Below, one piece after another: positions 28,664 to 38,300 of a stretch of DNA of 58,991 nucleotides. Source of the DNA: a virus (Duplodnaviria; Caudoviricetes); IMG/VR virus record IMGVR_UViG_3300043432_000110, positions 1-58,991 of that record; one strand, 5' to 3'. The first letter of the stretch is position 1. Each line of letters starts with the position of its first letter. The notes under the pieces are model-generated. The model did no database searches, was not told the DNA's origin, and saw only the letters and a list, made by a program, of their open reading frames with translations. The position numbers were made by a program, and so were the translations under genes.

Positions 28664-29284
28664 TCAAGTGATATGTTTCCAATGCCGCCTTGTGACGACA
28701 TCATTTATCGTTGGGAGTGAAACTCCAAATTGAATTCCAAGTTGTTTTTGCGTTATTCCTCCCAGAGAGTATATGTGGCGAATTTGTTGGACTTGTTCGG
28801 GTTTCAATTTTGCCGAAGTTATCTTAAATCCAGACGAATTCCGTTTTTTGTTTACCATGTCTTTAATATTCTGAGCCTGAGTTCCGGCCCATAAATGATC
28901 TGGATTTACACATGAAGGATTATCACATGAATGGCAGCAAACTGAACCAGCCGGGATTCTTCCTTTGTAGAGTTGGTATGAGAATCTATGGCAGAAAACC
29001 TTTATTCCAGAGAACGTAAAGTAACCATAACCCTTACCTTTACCAGACAATTGTTTTCCGGTCCAAATCCAACAGGCGTCTGTTTTTGTGACTTGTGACC
29101 AGAAGTTTTCCAGATCATTGTCGGATGGGATAAACGATTTAAGTTCCGGGAAAGTGACCACCCGGCTTTCGCACGGGTGGCTCGAATCACCTATCCGGGT
29201 GGTGCTCCGCAAATCGGTCGGAGTCTTGACTTGCACTTGGCTGTCAAGAACCGGACGGGACTCTAAATTAGTAAAGTTCGACAT
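28664..29284 (-). CDS. HNH homing endonuclease with C-terminal HTH (start uncertain)
   Basis: CWIWTG, HRFSY, HSCDNPSCVNPDHL, GTQAQNIKDM; AT-rich body. Confidence 0.88.
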   Translation of the reverse strand: MSNFTNLESRPVLDSQVQVKTPTDLRSTTRIGDSSHPCESRVVTFPELKSFIPSDNDLENFWSQVTKTDACWIWTGKQLSGKGKGYGYFTFSGIKVFCHRFSYQLYKGRIPAGSVCCHSCDNPSCVNPDHLWAGTQAQNIKDMVNKKRNSSGFKITSAKLKPEQVQQIRHIYSLGGITQKQLGIQFGVSLPTINDVVTRRHWKHIT

Positions 29285-29325
29285 GACCGATTTGACCAAG
29301 CCCACCACGGGCTTTGAACAAAGTA

Positions 29326-29354
29326 ATCCTAGCACACCACCCGCCGCCGCGCAA
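29326..29354 (-). promoter_or_regulatory. Leftward sigma70-like promoter
   Basis: Minus strand TTGCGC-17 nt-TAGGAT. Confidence 0.6.
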
Positions 29355-29531
29355 GTGTTAGGAGCGGAAAAGTTGGAAAATCTTTGCGCCGACCACCGGC
29401 CATTTCTTGCCACTCTCAGAGCAATAAACGGCCAGCGCGGACATGCAAGGAATTTGGACAAGCGTGCGCGGCTGGCCGTTTGTTGCTACTGAGATGGCAA
29501 GGGACGGCTTGAAAATAGTTTCACTTTTCGC

Positions 29532-29560
29532 TTGCTTGCGCCAGCGCTTGCGGTTATTGT
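29532..29560 (+). promoter_or_regulatory. Early promoter 1 with operator CGCCAGCGCTTGCG (29539-29552)
   Basis: TTGCTT-17-TATTGT; operator shared with three other promoters. Confidence 0.7.
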
Positions 29561-29597
29561 GTAGGCGTAACAGAGAAAAAGAAACGTGACAAACAAA

Positions 29598-29783
29598 ATG
29601 AAAACAGAAACCAAAACAAACGACAGGTTGGTAAAGTTCAACAACGCGAACCTGCTTCAATACAGCAGGGTTCAACGCAACAGAATTGAAACCATGTTGA
29701 TGGCACGCGGATGGACACCGGACGACGCAGTGCCGGCGGGTGAGTGGGAAATGATAGTGTCCGAATCAGCAAGCAACGACTGA
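29598..29783 (+). CDS. Small early protein
   Basis: Preceded by AACGTGACA motif. Confidence 0.55.
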   Translation: MKTETKTNDRLVKFNNANLLQYSRVQRNRIETMLMARGWTPDDAVPAGEWEMIVSESASND

Positions 29784-29820
29784 ACATTTAACGGCACGCA
29801 ACCAAGAAAGAAACGCGACA

Positions 29821-30036
29821 ATGAATAGAACAGTTACATTCGGTCTGGTGCGGGACGGAAACCAACGCCGGTCTTATTACGCAGAGTTTGCAGCTTACGA
29901 TTCACGTGGAGTGAAGATGTTGAGCGAACGCGTTGGAGACGTATCAGCCAACGAGCTGGCGTTGATGCGTTGGGTTGCCAACTGGGTATCCAAAGCCGAA
30001 CTGCCGGACGGCAGGATTGTTAAAGCTGCATTATAG
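29821..30036 (+). CDS. Small early protein
   Basis: AACGCGACA directly before ATG. Confidence 0.6.
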   Translation: MNRTVTFGLVRDGNQRRSYYAEFAAYDSRGVKMLSERVGDVSANELALMRWVANWVSKAELPDGRIVKAAL

Positions 30037-30082
30037 CCATTTATTGCTTTCGCCGTGGCAAAACAAAGCACGAAAAAAAGTG

Positions 30083-30111
30083 TTGCGCCAGCGCTTGCGA
30101 TGGCTTAGGAT
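30083..30111 (+). promoter_or_regulatory. Early promoter 2 with operator (30086-30099)
   Basis: TTGCGC-17-TAGGAT; upstream GCAAAACAAAGCACGAAA. Confidence 0.7.
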
Positions 30112-30155
30112 GCTGGCAGGTAGAACGGAAAACGAAAGACAACGCGACAGACAAA

Positions 30156-30407
30156 ATGAAAACAGAAAACACACAGTCCGAATTGAATGTTTCTCCCAAG
30201 ATGTCACCGCTTGAGCGCCGGGTGTGGGAATTGAACTTCCGAGGCGCGGGAATTGGGACGATTATGATAGAGACGGGCAAGGGAGAGCGGGTTGTGTCTG
30301 CGGCATACAATCGGGCCGAAGACAAGCAGCGCGAGCACGAATACGAACTGAAGATGAGAATTTGCGCCACCTGCGGCAAACACAACTGGCAATGCGAGTG
30401 CAAATAA
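30156..30407 (+). CDS. Small HTH/Zn-finger early protein
   Basis: MSPLERRVWEL sigma-region-4-like start; C-terminal CxxC...CxC. Confidence 0.6.
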   Translation: MKTENTQSELNVSPKMSPLERRVWELNFRGAGIGTIMIETGKGERVVSAAYNRAEDKQREHEYELKMRICATCGKHNWQCECK

Positions 30408-30427
30408 CCAACCACACGAACGCGACA

Positions 30428-30778
30428 ATGAAAAGAACAATACTATCAGGATTGACGGTCAAGTCCGCAGGATTGGACTCGTCTTACAGGAAAACAGCAT
30501 GGGCTGAGGTTCGGCATTCAGCAGCTCTTAGTCCGGGGATTCCGGTCATCAGCATTGTGGAGCTGGCTGTGTTTGAGTCGAGCACAGCCGGGAAAGTCAG
30601 CTTCGTTGTGTTTCAGGAACGCGGTCACAGGGCTTTTGGCGTCGGTCATTATCGCGGTATCAAGCCTCCGATTGGACACAACCAATTCTCTCCCTTTGAA
30701 AAGTTTGCCTTGGTTCTTGCCGATTCAAATTTCAACGGGTGGATTAACTGGCTGAAGGAGTCTGCGATTGTAATATGA
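30428..30778 (+). CDS. Early hypothetical protein
   Basis: AACGCGACA before ATG. Confidence 0.6.
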   Translation: MKRTILSGLTVKSAGLDSSYRKTAWAEVRHSAALSPGIPVISIVELAVFESSTAGKVSFVVFQERGHRAFGVGHYRGIKPPIGHNQFSPFEKFALVLADSNFNGWINWLKESAIVI

Positions 30779-30999
30779 ACGCGACACAACCAACCAAAGA
30801 CGAAGTGCTGGCCGGCTTGATGGCGGTCAAGGCCGTGGCGGACACGATCAAGGAACTAGGCAGCGTGCCGAGCGGGCACTTGTATGCGGCGCTGATGGGC
30901 AAGCTGAACTTCGAGTCTTACATGCACATCATTGAAATCCTCAAAGGGGCAGGGCTGGTGCGTGAGACGATGGCGCACGAACTGGAGTGGATCGCATGA
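30775..30999 (+). CDS. Small winged-helix-like protein
   Basis: VPSGHLYAALM...LKGAGLV. Confidence 0.6.
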   Translation: MNATQPTKDEVLAGLMAVKAVADTIKELGSVPSGHLYAALMGKLNFESYMHIIEILKGAGLVRETMAHELEWIA

Positions 31000-31332
31000 C
31001 AACGCACCAGAAAGCACAACGGAAGATCAGCCGGGCGCTGGCCGTTCTGAACGGGTTCAGTCCGCAGCCGGAGAAGCGTTACCGGACAGTGACGGCCAAG
31101 ATGGACACGACATGCCCGGTGTGCCACGACCCGGCCTGCACGCGGGAGTGGACCGACGAGGCGCACGCAAAGGAGTTGACCGTATGACCGACCGCGAGCG
31201 ATACGACGAGCTGGTGGCCCGCATGATGAAGTGTCAGCCGGGTAATGACGCTTTCATGTCGGCGTGGAAAGAGCTTGAACAGATCAAACAATCATACGGC
31301 GGATACCCGCCGCCGGAAGAAAGTGAGACACC

Positions 31333-31620
31333 ATGAACAAGCCAACCAAGGAACAAGTTGACGCGGAGATCAGGGCGCTGGAAGCGTGCAAGTCTTATGT
31401 CCCGAAACTAACGCGTTTCAATGAGAATAACCATGAACAACTGAACTTGCAGGTGGAGGAGTTGCGCGACGGTATAGACGACACCGCTGACGAGTGGAAC
31501 GACCTGTCAGAACGCGACCAAGAAGCGATAATGCAGGCGCGGGACTGGAAGAATGGAGACGAAAAGGAATCGCCATCTTCCGGCTGGGATCATTTCAAAC
31601 CAAAAACCAAGACATCATGA
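31333..31620 (+). CDS. Hypothetical protein
   Basis: Coupled ORF chain. Confidence 0.6.
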   Translation: MNKPTKEQVDAEIRALEACKSYVPKLTRFNENNHEQLNLQVEELRDGIDDTADEWNDLSERDQEAIMQARDWKNGDEKESPSSGWDHFKPKTKTS

Positions 31621-31970
31621 ACGAACAGAACACAGCAGAGACGCCGGCCCCGAAGCCGGCCAAGGCGCGGCGCAAGCCGGCCAAAGCGAGAGCACCGCGC
31701 AACATTGACGCCGGCATTGCGGCGATCCACGCCGAGGCGAAGCGGAAGGTAGCGGCCTACCGGAAGGAGAAAGCGTCAGACAGGATGCTGCGCGTGATCC
31801 TGGAGAAGCGGCTGCCGCACATGACGGCGGCGGCGAAGCAGGCTTTGTTCGACACGCTGGCCAAGAGCTGCACGCCGGACCTGACGCCGATTGACAGTTT
31901 CATCAAGCAGCAAACCACAATCGCAGAAACCACAAAACATGAGCAAGAAAACCAAGAAGAAAGAGCCTGA
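31617..31970 (+). CDS. Hypothetical basic protein
   Basis: Coupled ORF chain. Confidence 0.55.
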   Translation: MNEQNTAETPAPKPAKARRKPAKARAPRNIDAGIAAIHAEAKRKVAAYRKEKASDRMLRVILEKRLPHMTAAAKQALFDTLAKSCTPDLTPIDSFIKQQTTIAETTKHEQENQEERA

Positions 31971-32391
31971 AGTGAAAGCGCCAGAGTCCAAGGAAACAAT
32001 CCACGCCAAGCATGTCTTCACGAATGACGAGATGCTGGAATTATCACGGACGCTGGGCCGCACTTGCACGGAGATCACCACGTTGGAGCAAGAGAAGTCC
32101 GCAGTGACAAAGGACTTCGCCAGCCGAATCGAAACGAAGGAAATCCAACGCGATTCACTGGTTGACAAAGTGACCAGCGGATATGAGATGCGCCCGACCG
32201 AGTGTATCGTCGTATTTGACCCGCCGAACCGGAGCAAGGACTATTTTAGAACGGAATCGGACGGAACACGCGGCGAGTTTGTTGAGCGCCGGGAAATGAG
32301 CCAAGCCGACTTTCAACTGGCGTTGCCGGTTACGGAAACAGAAACAACCACAACCAGCGGCCCACAGGCCGCGCAACAGGAAGGAAAGTAG
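31939..32391 (+). CDS. Conserved phage hypothetical protein
   Basis: Coiled coil then SGYEMRPTEC...VERREM. Confidence 0.6.
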   Translation: MSKKTKKKEPEVKAPESKETIHAKHVFTNDEMLELSRTLGRTCTEITTLEQEKSAVTKDFASRIETKEIQRDSLVDKVTSGYEMRPTECIVVFDPPNRSKDYFRTESDGTRGEFVERREMSQADFQLALPVTETETTTTSGPQAAQQEGK

Positions 32392-32394
32392 AAA

Positions 32395-32931
32395 ATGAAC
32401 AGCAGTCAAGTCTATCCCAGCCGCTACCTCAAGAGCGAGGAGCTGGCCGAGGACATCACCGTCACGATCAAGAAGGTCGTGCTGGAGGAACTGGACAGTC
32501 AGGACAAGGGCAAGCAGGAAAAGCCCGTCGCCTACTTCAACGAGGTGGAGAAGGGGCTCATCCTGAACAAGACGAACTGGTCGCTGATCGCCAAGCAACA
32601 CGGCGACGAGTCGGACGACTGGACTGGCAAGCAGATCACGCTCACCGTCATGGACGTGGAAGCGTTCGGAGACATCGTGAGCGCTATCCGCGTGAAGCCG
32701 CAGCGCCGAACCGCAGCGGTAGGAAAGGTGCTGGCTTCGATCACAAAGGCGAAGCAGGTCGTTACTCCGGCTGCACCGGTGGAGGACGACTCCGACGCGG
32801 TTACGGCGTTCTGGACAGCGGCCAAGGCCAATGGCTACGACCGCAAGAGCGGCGTGGAGCTACTCGAATCGTTCAACGGAAACTTCGCCAAGGCGCTGGC
32901 CGGGTTGCAATCCGGCGACGTGCCGTTCTGA
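32395..32931 (+). CDS. Putative ssDNA-binding/recombination protein
   Basis: PSRYLKSEEL, LILNKTN, DDWTGKQITL; C-terminal DVPF tail. Confidence 0.6.
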   Translation: MNSSQVYPSRYLKSEELAEDITVTIKKVVLEELDSQDKGKQEKPVAYFNEVEKGLILNKTNWSLIAKQHGDESDDWTGKQITLTVMDVEAFGDIVSAIRVKPQRRTAAVGKVLASITKAKQVVTPAAPVEDDSDAVTAFWTAAKANGYDRKSGVELLESFNGNFAKALAGLQSGDVPF

Positions 32932-32934
32932 CCT

Positions 32935-33321
32935 GTGCAAAGGCCATTCGACAAACCGGCCTCTGCGGCTGCTGACTGGAGCGACGTTCAATCGCTCCAG
33001 CAGCGGCTTGTGGAGTCGGCTGAGAAGCTGGGCGTGATGGCTGGCGACGTGGGCGCGGCAAAGCAGGTGATCGAATACGACAGCGACATGCGAAAGCGTG
33101 CGCTCGCAAGGGCGACGGCGGCGGCACTGGCAGGCGGCGAGAGCTACAACAAAGCCGAAGCGGAAGCGCGCGCGAACGAAGCCTACCACGCGGAGCTGAA
33201 GACGCTGGCGAAGCAGTTCCAGGTCGCGGCGACGGTGGTCGCGGAATGGGACGCGACCAAGGTGCAGTGGGAAAGCGCCCGTAGCCTCCTGGCGATGCAG
33301 CGGGAGCAGACGAGAATGTGA
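32935..33321 (+). CDS. Helical recombination-mediator-like hypothetical protein
   Basis: Coiled coil; position in recombination cluster. Confidence 0.45.
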   Translation: MQRPFDKPASAAADWSDVQSLQQRLVESAEKLGVMAGDVGAAKQVIEYDSDMRKRALARATAAALAGGESYNKAEAEARANEAYHAELKTLAKQFQVAATVVAEWDATKVQWESARSLLAMQREQTRM

Positions 33322-33386
33322 ACGACTGAGCGTTACGGGCTCGCGAGCGGTTGGCGCTACGGACACAACCGGCTTCGCATTACTTT

Positions 33387-34169
33387 ATGAATATGAACGG
33401 AACAAACGGAACAAACGGAAACGGAACATCGCTGGTGCGGCTGTTCGCGCCGGACTTGGCCGGCCTGATGCCGGACAACATCACGCTCACGCACGACGCG
33501 GAGGAGCAAAGCCGATCGCTCGCTGTGCGGGCGCAGACGGTGCTCGGCGTTACCACGGCGCAAGAGCAGGCGGCGGCGGTAGCCATAGCGCGGGACATCC
33601 GCACCTACGTCAAGCAGGTGAAGGAGTTCGCGCTGGAGATGCGAAGGCCGCTGAACGCCGTCGCAGCGAAGATCAAGGAAGTCGAGGACACGCACCTCTC
33701 GTCCGTGGTGCCGGAACAACAGCGGCTCGAACGGCAGGTGGCGGACTTCCAGATGGCCGAGGCGCGGCGAGTCGCGGCGGAGGAGGCGAAGCGCCGGGAA
33801 GCCGAGGAACGGCTGCTGCGCGAGCGGCTTGAGGCAGAGGAGAAGGCAATGAAAGCGGCGGCGCGGATGCAGACCGAGGCGGGGCTGGCCAAGGCGCTTG
33901 AGGCGGAGCAGCGGGCCAAGGAAGCGGAAGCGCAGTTGCAGGCGGCATTGCGCGCACCATTGCCGACGGTGGCCAAGGCGAGCGGTGTGGCGGTCAAGCA
34001 GGTGCTCCGGTGGGAAGTGGTGGACATCAACGCGCTGGTGCAAGCCCGACCGGACTTGTGCCGGATCGAGGCCAAGGCGAGTGCGATACAGGCGACGTGC
34101 GTGCCGGAGCGGCCCGTGCCGGGGCTGCGGTTGTGGTGGGAAACGACGGCGAGCGCGAGGACGAGGTGA
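33387..34169 (+). CDS. Coiled-coil phage protein
   Basis: Long E/A/R-rich helix; C-terminal WEVVDINAL...VPGLR. Confidence 0.6.
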   Translation: MNMNGTNGTNGNGTSLVRLFAPDLAGLMPDNITLTHDAEEQSRSLAVRAQTVLGVTTAQEQAAAVAIARDIRTYVKQVKEFALEMRRPLNAVAAKIKEVEDTHLSSVVPEQQRLERQVADFQMAEARRVAAEEAKRREAEERLLRERLEAEEKAMKAAARMQTEAGLAKALEAEQRAKEAEAQLQAALRAPLPTVAKASGVAVKQVLRWEVVDINALVQARPDLCRIEAKASAIQATCVPERPVPGLRLWWETTASARTR

Positions 34170-34172
34170 GCC

Positions 34173-34379
34173 ATGAGCGACGACGACCTGGACACGGTGA
34201 TGGCGATGAAGCGCTGGGGCGGCGGGTTCGCGTTCCGGTTGGCCGAGGCGGCGCTCGTGGCCGACAGCGAGAACCTGCGGCGGATCAAGGACGGCTGGCC
34301 GGAGATGTGGGTGTTCTACGGCAGGCTGGCGGCGGACGACAAACTGAAGACGGAACGCGACGGGGAAAGGCAACGATGA
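34173..34379 (+). CDS. Hypothetical protein
   Basis: GGGFAFRLAEAALVADSEN motif. Confidence 0.6.
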   Translation: MSDDDLDTVMAMKRWGGGFAFRLAEAALVADSENLRRIKDGWPEMWVFYGRLAADDKLKTERDGERQR

Positions 34380-34579
34380 GCGAGAAGAAACACAGCGGCA
34401 AGACGGTCTGGACGGCGAGCGCGATGGGCCGCAAGGGCGGGAGCGTGACCGGGCCGACCAAGGCGAGGTCGAGCAGGGTCGCGAGGAAGGCGGCGAACGC
34501 AAGATGGCGCTACCACTGGGCGCGTAAAGCGGCTGAGCAGGCGCGGCGCGAGACTGGCCATTTCTTGCGTTGCGGGTAG
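34376..34579 (+). CDS. Small basic KGG-motif protein (possible DNA-binding regulator)
   Basis: MGRKGG...ARKAANARW. Confidence 0.55.
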   Translation: MSEKKHSGKTVWTASAMGRKGGSVTGPTKARSSRVARKAANARWRYHWARKAAEQARRETGHFLRCG

Positions 34580-34602
34580 CAAAACAAAGCACGAAATAGT
34601 TC

Positions 34603-34631
34603 TTGCATCCGCCAGCGCTTGCGCTTATTGT
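34603..34631 (+). promoter_or_regulatory. Early promoter 3 with operator (34610-34623)
   Basis: TTGCAT-17-TATTGT; upstream GCAAAACAAAGCACGAAA. Confidence 0.7.
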
Positions 34632-34717
34632 AGCCCCAGATGAAAGCGAAACCGGAAACCAAAACAGAAAAGGCGGGGCGGACGCCCTGCGCCGGGGAAG
34701 CCGAATCGAACGCGACA

Positions 34718-34915
34718 ATGAAGACATTCACGGAAGCATTCCGAAACGCGAGCAAGCTGGCGAACGCCGCGAACGACCAAGTCCACATCTACAAGAACGG
34801 TGACAAGCATGAATACATCGTTGTCGGTGACAGCGAGATCACTCAAGGTGTTCCGCACGGCGGTTGGTTTCGCGTGCGGACGGTCAGGCCGCTACAAGTC
34901 GAACTGGTTGCCTGA
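34718..34915 (+). CDS. Small early protein
   Basis: AACGCGACA before ATG. Confidence 0.6.
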   Translation: MKTFTEAFRNASKLANAANDQVHIYKNGDKHEYIVVGDSEITQGVPHGGWFRVRTVRPLQVELVA

Positions 34916-34995
34916 CCCCGCCTTCCGCCGGGCTGCGCGCTGCGGCGGACGGCGAGGCCAATCACGGCCAAGCACAACAGAAAGAAACGCGACAG

Positions 34996-35307
34996 ATGAA
35001 AACGAAACTTCAGATTGAGGAGCACGCCGGGCAGAACAACGTCGTGCTCAAAGCCAATGGCCGGAACGTGGTCCTGGCCATCGAAGGCCGGGACAGCTAC
35101 TACCCGGCGTTGGCGGCTCTGAGCGAGGAGTACGCCGTGCTGACGGCGGTGGCGGAAGCGGCGGACAGACTGCAAGACGTGTTCGCAGCGACAGACAGGG
35201 CGAACGCCGGCTTGCGGGACTTTGCGATTTGCGATTTGCAGAACGCGCTGAAGCAGGTGCGGCGCACGCTAGCCGCCGTCCGCAGCGGAAAGGCGGTGGC
35301 GTCGTGA
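34996..35307 (+). CDS. Small early protein
   Basis: AACGCGACAG before ATG. Confidence 0.6.
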   Translation: MKTKLQIEEHAGQNNVVLKANGRNVVLAIEGRDSYYPALAALSEEYAVLTAVAEAADRLQDVFAATDRANAGLRDFAICDLQNALKQVRRTLAAVRSGKAVAS

Positions 35308-35673
35308 AACCGACACACAGAATAGTTCATATTTGGACGCCAGCGGAGCGCGAGGACAACCGTATTCATCAGTTCGCAGTACGGAACAGCCGGGCGCTGC
35401 TGGACCTGCTCAAGGCGGTCCATGCAACCATGCCGAGCGTTGAAACCAAGCGCCTGATGGCCGACTGGGAAGCCTCAAACCGCTAACACTATGACCAAAC
35501 AAACCCAAACCACCATTCGCGTGATGGCGATGACTGGCAAGCACCTCGCGTTCTGTATGGCGGACGCGGGCAAGCGTGCGGAGGGGTGGCGGCTCATGTG
35601 GCGGGCTGTCCGCATCTGCCGCAGGCTGGGCACGACGATTCAAGCGCTGGGGGTGTGGTTGTAAGGATAATGT

Positions 35674-36060
35674 ATGCCGCGATTCCGAATCAAAGTCAAA
35701 AATTCCCACTCCGAGTGGTGGGAAGAATACTGCAAGAATGAAGTTACAGACGCCGCAAGCGCGAAAACATGGGCGGATAAAACGCTGCGAGCGTTCAATG
35801 ATGGCGAGCAGAGAATATATGGCGACAAAGGAAAGCCGCGCACGCTGATAGCAGTGGACTTCCTTGGCGACGGGCCGCTCGACCACGAATGGGAGAAACA
35901 AAACTCGTTCACTCTCGGCGGGGACGGACACCGATACCGCGACCAATACCGATGCAAGCGGTGTGGCTGCCAAGCTCTACGATATGGCATCAGTGAAGCA
36001 ATCATTCGCACTGGGAAATGGCGTGCGAAGAAATATGAACACTGCATCGGCAAAGTATGA
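35674..36060 (+). CDS. Hypothetical protein with Zn-finger-like C-terminus
   Basis: HEWEKQN...YRCKRCG. Confidence 0.6.
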   Translation: MPRFRIKVKNSHSEWWEEYCKNEVTDAASAKTWADKTLRAFNDGEQRIYGDKGKPRTLIAVDFLGDGPLDHEWEKQNSFTLGGDGHRYRDQYRCKRCGCQALRYGISEAIIRTGKWRAKKYEHCIGKV

Positions 36061-36370
36061 AATGGCCCACCCGCAAACCCGCCCCACCGCAGGACCCGGC
36101 CAAGCCGTCCAGCCTGTTCGTGCCGAACGGCGGCTACATCGCCGCGCTGGACGAGGTGCAGGCGGCGGGCGGTGAGGTGTCCACGATTGACACGGTCCGG
36201 CAGAAGCCGGGCCAACAGGCGGGCTGGCGGCTCGGCCTATGGTGGCCGCAGGGCGCGCCGGGGCTGAAAACCGATGCTTTGCCCCAGCCGGTAGCTAAAA
36301 ACGCGCCTACGGCCAGCCAAGGCGCGGCAAACAGCGGTCTGGCGGCTGGCCAGACCCGGAAAGGACATCT

Positions 36371-36970
36371 ATGACCGACTACAGAATGCCTAGCGAACTG
36401 GAGGAAGTCCCGAACGTGACGACCTCCACGAAGCTGTTTGGCGGGCACACGCTCGCGGAATGTAAGTTAATGGCGGACGAATTCGCGCTGCCAGAAATGC
36501 GCGACCTCATCGCCGTCGCCGAGGAGTGTGAGCGGTTGAGGGCTGAACTGGCAGTGTCGAAAGCGCAACAGAGCAACGCAGCCGACATTCTGGACGAAGT
36601 TTGCGTCAAACGCGACCAACTTCGCGCCGAGAACGAGCAGTTGCGAGAGGACAATCCGACTGCTCCCATGTTCTTGGAAATCTGTGCAGAAGTAGATCGT
36701 GCGACCACCAAATTTCCATTATGGCCAACTGATGCGTTACACGCCGTCAGCGTTGTGGCCGAGGAAATGGGCGAATTGCAAAAGGAGGTTGTGCAACTGA
36801 CCTATGAACCTCACAAATCCACCAAGGAAAGCGTGAAAAAAGAGGCTTTGCACCTCGCAGCTATGACACTGCGCTTTCTGACAAGCCTAGACCGCTACGA
36901 ATACGAACCGCGTCCGCAACATTCGCAAAACGCGGCCCGCCGCGCACTGGAGGAAACCAAACATGAGTAA
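36371..36970 (+). CDS. MazG-like NTP pyrophosphohydrolase-domain protein
   Basis: VVAEEMGELQKEV...KKEALHLAAM. Confidence 0.65.
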   Translation: MTDYRMPSELEEVPNVTTSTKLFGGHTLAECKLMADEFALPEMRDLIAVAEECERLRAELAVSKAQQSNAADILDEVCVKRDQLRAENEQLREDNPTAPMFLEICAEVDRATTKFPLWPTDALHAVSVVAEEMGELQKEVVQLTYEPHKSTKESVKKEALHLAAMTLRFLTSLDRYEYEPRPQHSQNAARRALEETKHE

Positions 36971-37367
36971 GACCCCACTAACCGACAGCCTGAGCACGTT
37001 CTTGGTGACTCAATTTCCGGCTACGCTTGGACATCTGGAATTGCACAGCCGCCTTTTGCAACTTGGAGAAATTGAAGAAGCGTTTGACCGTGTTGAACGC
37101 GAACTCGCCGCCGAACGCCGCCTGCACGAGTGCGGACGGCAGCGGACGGCAGAGTTGACCGAGGAAGTGGAGCGGCTGAACGTCAACCTCGAAGTCATAA
37201 AAGGGGAGTTGGACCGCTCTCGAAAAGAACTCTCCGATTGGAAAGCGGACGCCTATCGCCTCGCCGAAGTCCTGAGCCACCCCTACATGCAGCCGTTGAC
37301 CGCCTCGCTGGACACGTGCCAGCGGCAAGCACTAGAAAAGCACGAACAACTGAAAGGACAACCATGA
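36963..37367 (+). CDS. Hypothetical coiled-coil protein
   Basis: Coupled ORF. Confidence 0.55.
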   Translation: MSKTPLTDSLSTFLVTQFPATLGHLELHSRLLQLGEIEEAFDRVERELAAERRLHECGRQRTAELTEEVERLNVNLEVIKGELDRSRKELSDWKADAYRLAEVLSHPYMQPLTASLDTCQRQALEKHEQLKGQP

Positions 37368-38089
37368 GCGCCTGTGACGAAATCTTCAAACTGGACATCA
37401 TGCACGCCACCTTGTCAGCCAATGCTGAGCGCGAAGAAGCGCGCCGCTCGTTGATAAAACCGGACGAGGCGGCGTCTGCTCCGAGAATTGCTAGCGCCTA
37501 CCGAGACGATGGTGGCTGGATATTGTTCGACGAAGCCGGCGAGCCGATAGAAGAATGGCCATCTGACTGGCCAAAAGCTGTGGACAGACAGTTCATCGAG
37601 TCGCAAGGAATCGAAGTGCAATGAAGATCAACCCCATCATCCTCGCGGCCTGCGTCGGGTTTGCGTGGTTCATCTCGTGGAGCGCGGTGCTGCACTGGCG
37701 GCGGCGCTGGCTGGACCGCAAACCGAAACTCCCGAAGCCCGTGCGCCTGAGTCGGGACGCTTGGAAAGCTGAACTCAAGAAAAACGCCGGCCTGCCCGGC
37801 TGGCGGGACTGGCAGAAGGGAATGTTCAAGTGACCAAGCCCGAACAGGCCAGCGCCCTGAAGCAGGCCATCGGCCTCGTGGCGATCGTGCTGGCGAGCCT
37901 GCCGCCAGAGAAGGTGCGCGGGTCTGACCAGCTCCGTGCGGCGATGATGGACGCGGTGGACGCGCTCGACGCCGCCGTGCTGGACCTGGAGACGAGCAAG
38001 GACGAGCCGTGAAACCACTTTTGCCACCCGTGCTTGTGCGCTATGAAATATCGGAACACGCCGACGACGGCGGGTGGCATTCAATTTAT

Positions 38090-38300
38090 GAGCGTGTGGC
38101 GGAAAGCAACATCGTTGAAACCAGAAATGGCGGAGATGTTCAGGCAGACGCTAGCCGGGCACACAATAGACCGTGCCAGTTATGGACAGGTGGAGTGGAG
38201 TCGGTTGAACGGCACTAGCCGGAGACATTGAAGCGATGAAACCTGTTCACAAACTAAACGGTGAACAAACTATTTGCAGGTTCAAATCCTGCCGCGCTCA
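38090..38300 (+). ncRNA. Oversized tRNA-like RNA
   Basis: Acceptor GAGCGTG/CGCGCTC-A; TGGCGGAA...GGCAGACGC D-arm; T-arm GCAGG-TTCAAAT-CCTGC; large insertions. Confidence 0.6.

Noticed and set aside
28664-29294. Group I intron carrying the HNH gene
   Set aside because: No interrupted host gene and no recognisable conserved intron core; the downstream gene has its own intact start
33357-34727. Long antisense ORFs (e.g. 33357-34727, 49693-51063, 13299-14513, 42615-43754)
   Set aside because: Shadows of GC-rich plus-strand genes with no protein motifs
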